A DNA stretch of 64,000 nucleotides from an uncultured Poribacteria bacterium (GTDB lineage: Bacteria > Poribacteria > WGA-4E > WGA-3G): contig CATQHZ020000001.1 in NCBI GenBank assembly GCA_958296135.2, forward strand, positions 3,264,001 to 3,328,000, given 5' to 3'. Numbering within the stretch: the stretch's first letter is position 1; each line of letters begins with the position of its first letter. A program made the position numbers and the translations under genes. Under the pieces are notes generated by a model. That model made no database searches and was not told the DNA's origin. It was given only the letters and a program-made list of their open reading frames with translations. Below are positions 61,196 to 64,000 of this stretch, piece by piece.

Positions 61196-61574
61196 AATCA
61201 CCTCCTGCTGCGCAAGCCCATAGACGCGAAACGCCCATCCGCCAACCGATGGGTTTCGCGGAGATCTTGGATACAACGTTCACTCTTTCCTCGCCGCAAC
61301 CTACGATGGGAGCGAGATGAAACTCTACTACGATGGAGAAGTGAAGGTGGAAACCGACGCGAAAGGCAAGATTGATACCAACGACGTACCAGTCTCTATC
61401 GGCAGAAATAGCGAAGGGCATCGAGAGCACTACGTCGGCCTTATTGATGATGTCGCTATCTGGAGCGTCGCGCTCACTGAAGACGAGGTGAACCAAGCGA
61501 TGGACAAGGTTTTCCCCGTTGAGGCGTTGGACAAACTGCCGGCCCGCTGGGGTGAGTTGAAGAGTCGGTTTTAA
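61189..61574 (+). pseudogene. Chimeric remnant: 5' end of a membrane-protein gene joined to the 3' end of a LamG gene
   Basis: QPMGFAEILDTTFTL, then out-of-frame FLAATYDG..GLIDDVAIW..VEALDKLPARWGELK. Confidence 0.75.
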
Positions 61575-61672
61575 TCGCAGCCCGTTCCCGGTAGGCGCGC
61601 CCCTTTGTGGAACGTCAAACCGTGCCTACGGCCCGTCAGTAGGGTGAGCTCGCTCTACAGACACGCTTAGGA

Positions 61673-62398
61673 TTAGGTTTGCTGCATCATGTCGCAAAGC
61701 TCCCGAATCTCGTCAATAACGGGGCCTTGCCAATTTTCCACATCCGGTCTGTGCGCATCGTAGACACCGGTCAAATCTGTCCGCTTGAGGATGGGAAGCA
61801 TGCCAGCGGTGGCAGCTCCTGTCAATTCCTCACTACTTCCATCACCCACGTAGAGACATGCCTCTGGTTGCACCCGCAGTCGGTGGCACGCTACCTCATA
61901 GATGCTGAGTGATGGCTTCTTGAGATGCACATCACAGGAGAAAACAGGGGTGTCAATGCATTCGGCTAACGGCGATAAGGGAAAGAGCCGCGGCACGGAG
62001 GGACCACAATCGCTGATAAGTCCCAATTTTAAGCCCGCGTCTTTCAGCGTGTTCAAAGCGTCCAAGACTTCTGGCTTGGGGATGAGCGCGTTCGCCATGA
62101 ATTTGTAGTGAATGTTGGCGGCATCGCTGTAGGCGCGAGCTCCTGAGCGCGGTTCGAGCCCCAAGTCCGAACAGATGGCACGCATAAGCTCCTCGATGCA
62201 GGCATAACGGCCTAAGCACCTATCGGCGTAGGTTTCTCCCATGCGTTGCCAGAATTGTGGATAGGGCACGTTGAGAATTTCAGCCATCTGCGCGACAACT
62301 TTGTCGTTCTCGCGGCGGCTGAAGTTGCCTACCAAGGTCCCGAACAGGTCGAAGATGATAGCACGTTTCTTGGGATGACGCAATGAGTGCAATAACAT
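61673..62398 (-). CDS. HAD superfamily hydrolase
   Basis: FDLFGTL, ISD, KP, VGDG. Confidence 0.9.
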   Translation of the reverse strand: MLLHSLRHPKKRAIIFDLFGTLVGNFSRRENDKVVAQMAEILNVPYPQFWQRMGETYADRCLGRYACIEELMRAICSDLGLEPRSGARAYSDAANIHYKFMANALIPKPEVLDALNTLKDAGLKLGLISDCGPSVPRLFPLSPLAECIDTPVFSCDVHLKKPSLSIYEVACHRLRVQPEACLYVGDGSSEELTGAATAGMLPILKRTDLTGVYDAHRPDVENWQGPVIDEIRELCDMMQQT

Positions 62399-62544
62399 GG
62401 TTCATCCAGCGTCTTGCGAACGTATTTTTCACAAGAATGCAAAAAGGACAACGTCCGGATAAGTCAGCATTTTTGCGCGAGCCGATGCGAACGACGCTTG
62501 GTGCCAGTAGGAAAGCCGCCGGTCGTTCGCGGCTGGCAACCGGC

Positions 62545-62832
62545 CTAATCCGCGTCTTCGATCGCCACGTGCAGCTTTTCGACTAACCGATGCAGCGGTG
62601 TCTCATAAGATGCCTGGAGCCGCCGCAGTTCATCAGCGATGTGGAAAGCGACGAGCAACGGAATCTTCTGCTCATCAAACCCTTTTTGGCTGTATGAACT
62701 GACAAGTCCTTTGACGTATTCAATGAGTTCGTGAATATCCTCCGCCGATAAGTCCTCACTGGGTCTGATGGAATAAGGGACACCGAGGATAACGAATCGG
62801 ATAGCTTGTTGTTCTTGTTCTTTCTGTTGCAT
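62545..62832 (-). CDS. zapA: Cell division protein ZapA
   Basis: ILGVPYSI..LVAFHIADEL pattern, 95 aa, GAGG RBS. Confidence 0.8.
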   Translation of the reverse strand: MQQKEQEQQAIRFVILGVPYSIRPSEDLSAEDIHELIEYVKGLVSSYSQKGFDEQKIPLLVAFHIADELRRLQASYETPLHRLVEKLHVAIEDAD

Positions 62833-62848
62833 AGTGTTTTCCTCGTTT

Positions 62849-63820
62849 CTATGAAATATCAAGAGCGTGCCGGAGTGTCGTGAGACACGGTTTCACGTCT
62901 GTCCACTTTTCAAAGGCGATGGCCCCTTGATGGATGAGCATTCCGATGCCGCCGAGCGTTTTGCAACCGCGTTCGGCTGCGGCGCGCATCAGCGGCGTGA
63001 CAGGTGGCGTATAGACGATGTCATAAACGAAGGTGTGAGGCAGCAACGCATCGATGTCAATGAGCAGCGGTGCATCTGCTTCCATGCTAGACGTTGCCGT
63101 ATTAACGAGAAGCGTGCTATTGCACACTGCCTCGTCGATGCGCGTATCGGTAAGCCCCATCCCTAACATGACAACCCCAGTCTTCTCCTGCATCTCTTCA
63201 GCTAAAGCGCCGGCTTTCGCCGCGGTCCGGTTTGCGATGACGATACGCGTCGCGCCCGCAAGCGCGAGCGCGACGACGACAGCCCGAGCGGCACCGCCCG
63301 CTCCCAACACGACAACATTTTGTATGTCGCAATGCGTTCGGTTAGAGGTTCCACAGCCAAAACGTCTTCTTCCCGGGTCTGCTTGCGAGGTTGTTGCAAG
63401 TTCGGTTTCGGTGTCGCCTGTTGCTTCGCGCAACGCCCGCAGAAATCCTTCCGCATCCGTGTTATCGCCGTGAATCTCTCCCTCGCGAAAGCTGAGCGTG
63501 TTGACAGCACCGATGAGTGCCGCTTCCCGTGAAATTGAAGTTAAATGCGGGAGAACAGCCTGCTTATGCGGAAGTGTGACGTTGATACCGACGATGTTCA
63601 ATGCCTTGAAGCCTTCCAGCGCGTGCGCAATGTCGCCGGGCCGAACGTGGAAAGGCACGTAGACGTAGTCCAGTCCAGCTTTCGCGAGGGCCGCGTTGTG
63701 CATTTGCGGCGAACGGCTGTGCTCAACCGGTGCGCCAATCACACCGAGAATGCGGGTATGTCCAGTAATCCTTTTCGTTGTTCGCAATGTGTTCGGATAC
63801 GTGTGTTGGGGGTATGACAT
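62849..63820 (-). CDS. aroE: Shikimate dehydrogenase
   Basis: HSRSP, NVTLPHK, GAVNT, NTD, GAGGAA, DIVY. Confidence 0.95.
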   Translation of the reverse strand: MSYPQHTYPNTLRTTKRITGHTRILGVIGAPVEHSRSPQMHNAALAKAGLDYVYVPFHVRPGDIAHALEGFKALNIVGINVTLPHKQAVLPHLTSISREAALIGAVNTLSFREGEIHGDNTDAEGFLRALREATGDTETELATTSQADPGRRRFGCGTSNRTHCDIQNVVVLGAGGAARAVVVALALAGATRIVIANRTAAKAGALAEEMQEKTGVVMLGMGLTDTRIDEAVCNSTLLVNTATSSMEADAPLLIDIDALLPHTFVYDIVYTPPVTPLMRAAAERGCKTLGGIGMLIHQGAIAFEKWTDVKPCLTTLRHALDIS

Positions 63821-63834
63821 GGCTTTACGTCATC

Positions 63835-63863
63835 TGTCATCGACGTTGTCAATGACTCCGTTC
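63835..63863. repeat. Dispersed palindrome GTCATCGACGTTG.CGATGACT.CGTT; copies near 4008 and inverted near 39945
   Basis: Direct similarity between three intergenic sites. Confidence 0.75.
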
Positions 63864-63934
63864 CTGGTGCTTTAGTTAACATTGGGGTTGACTTAGCAGG
63901 CCGCCTTGCCGTTGTCAAGACTGACGTTCCTTGG

Positions 63935-64000
63935 CTAAGTTTTTCTCAAAAGCATTTCAATCTGCTCTTTCGCCTGTTCCATCGTCGGATAGCGAATTTC
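63935..64000 (-). CDS. 3' end of an unidentified gene
   Basis: EIRYPTMEQAKEQIEMLLRKT* reading in from the window edge. Confidence 0.5.
   Translation of the reverse strand, partial: EIRYPTMEQAKEQIEMLLRKT

Noticed and set aside
62400-62545. 6S RNA downstream of zapA
   Set aside because: Gap is only about 145 bp and shows no long rod with a central bubble

Overview
Bacterial chromosomal window, most likely Candidatus Poribacteria or a relative. This is inferred from LamG and TolB-like proteins ending in a V..L...W(G/A)..K tail, a PhyH dioxygenase, an OPT-like membrane protein and dense GTAG-type palindromes. Core content: a tRNA cluster (4 Ser, Arg, Ala) with tadA, large SRP RNA, dnaX, ybaB and recR; an ECF sigma factor; a histidine kinase; mdh; a lone dnaK with a sigma-54-type promoter; fabV; an expanded pst/phoU operon; ctpA, lpxL, zapA and aroE. 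Accessory content: three tandem PD-(D/E)XK-like paralogs, a MazF toxin with an atypical antitoxin, an Rpn nuclease with an internal start plus a duplicated free-standing C-terminal module, and a fused restriction-modification enzyme. Most notable signals: (1) several families of intergenic palindromic repeats also sit in frame inside at least eight intact genes; (2) the Rpn/RpnS cassette; (3) three PstB ATPases with complementary degenerate motifs and a K+ channel inside the pst operon; (4) two unassigned structured-RNA candidates. All calls are by eye from motifs; no searches were run.
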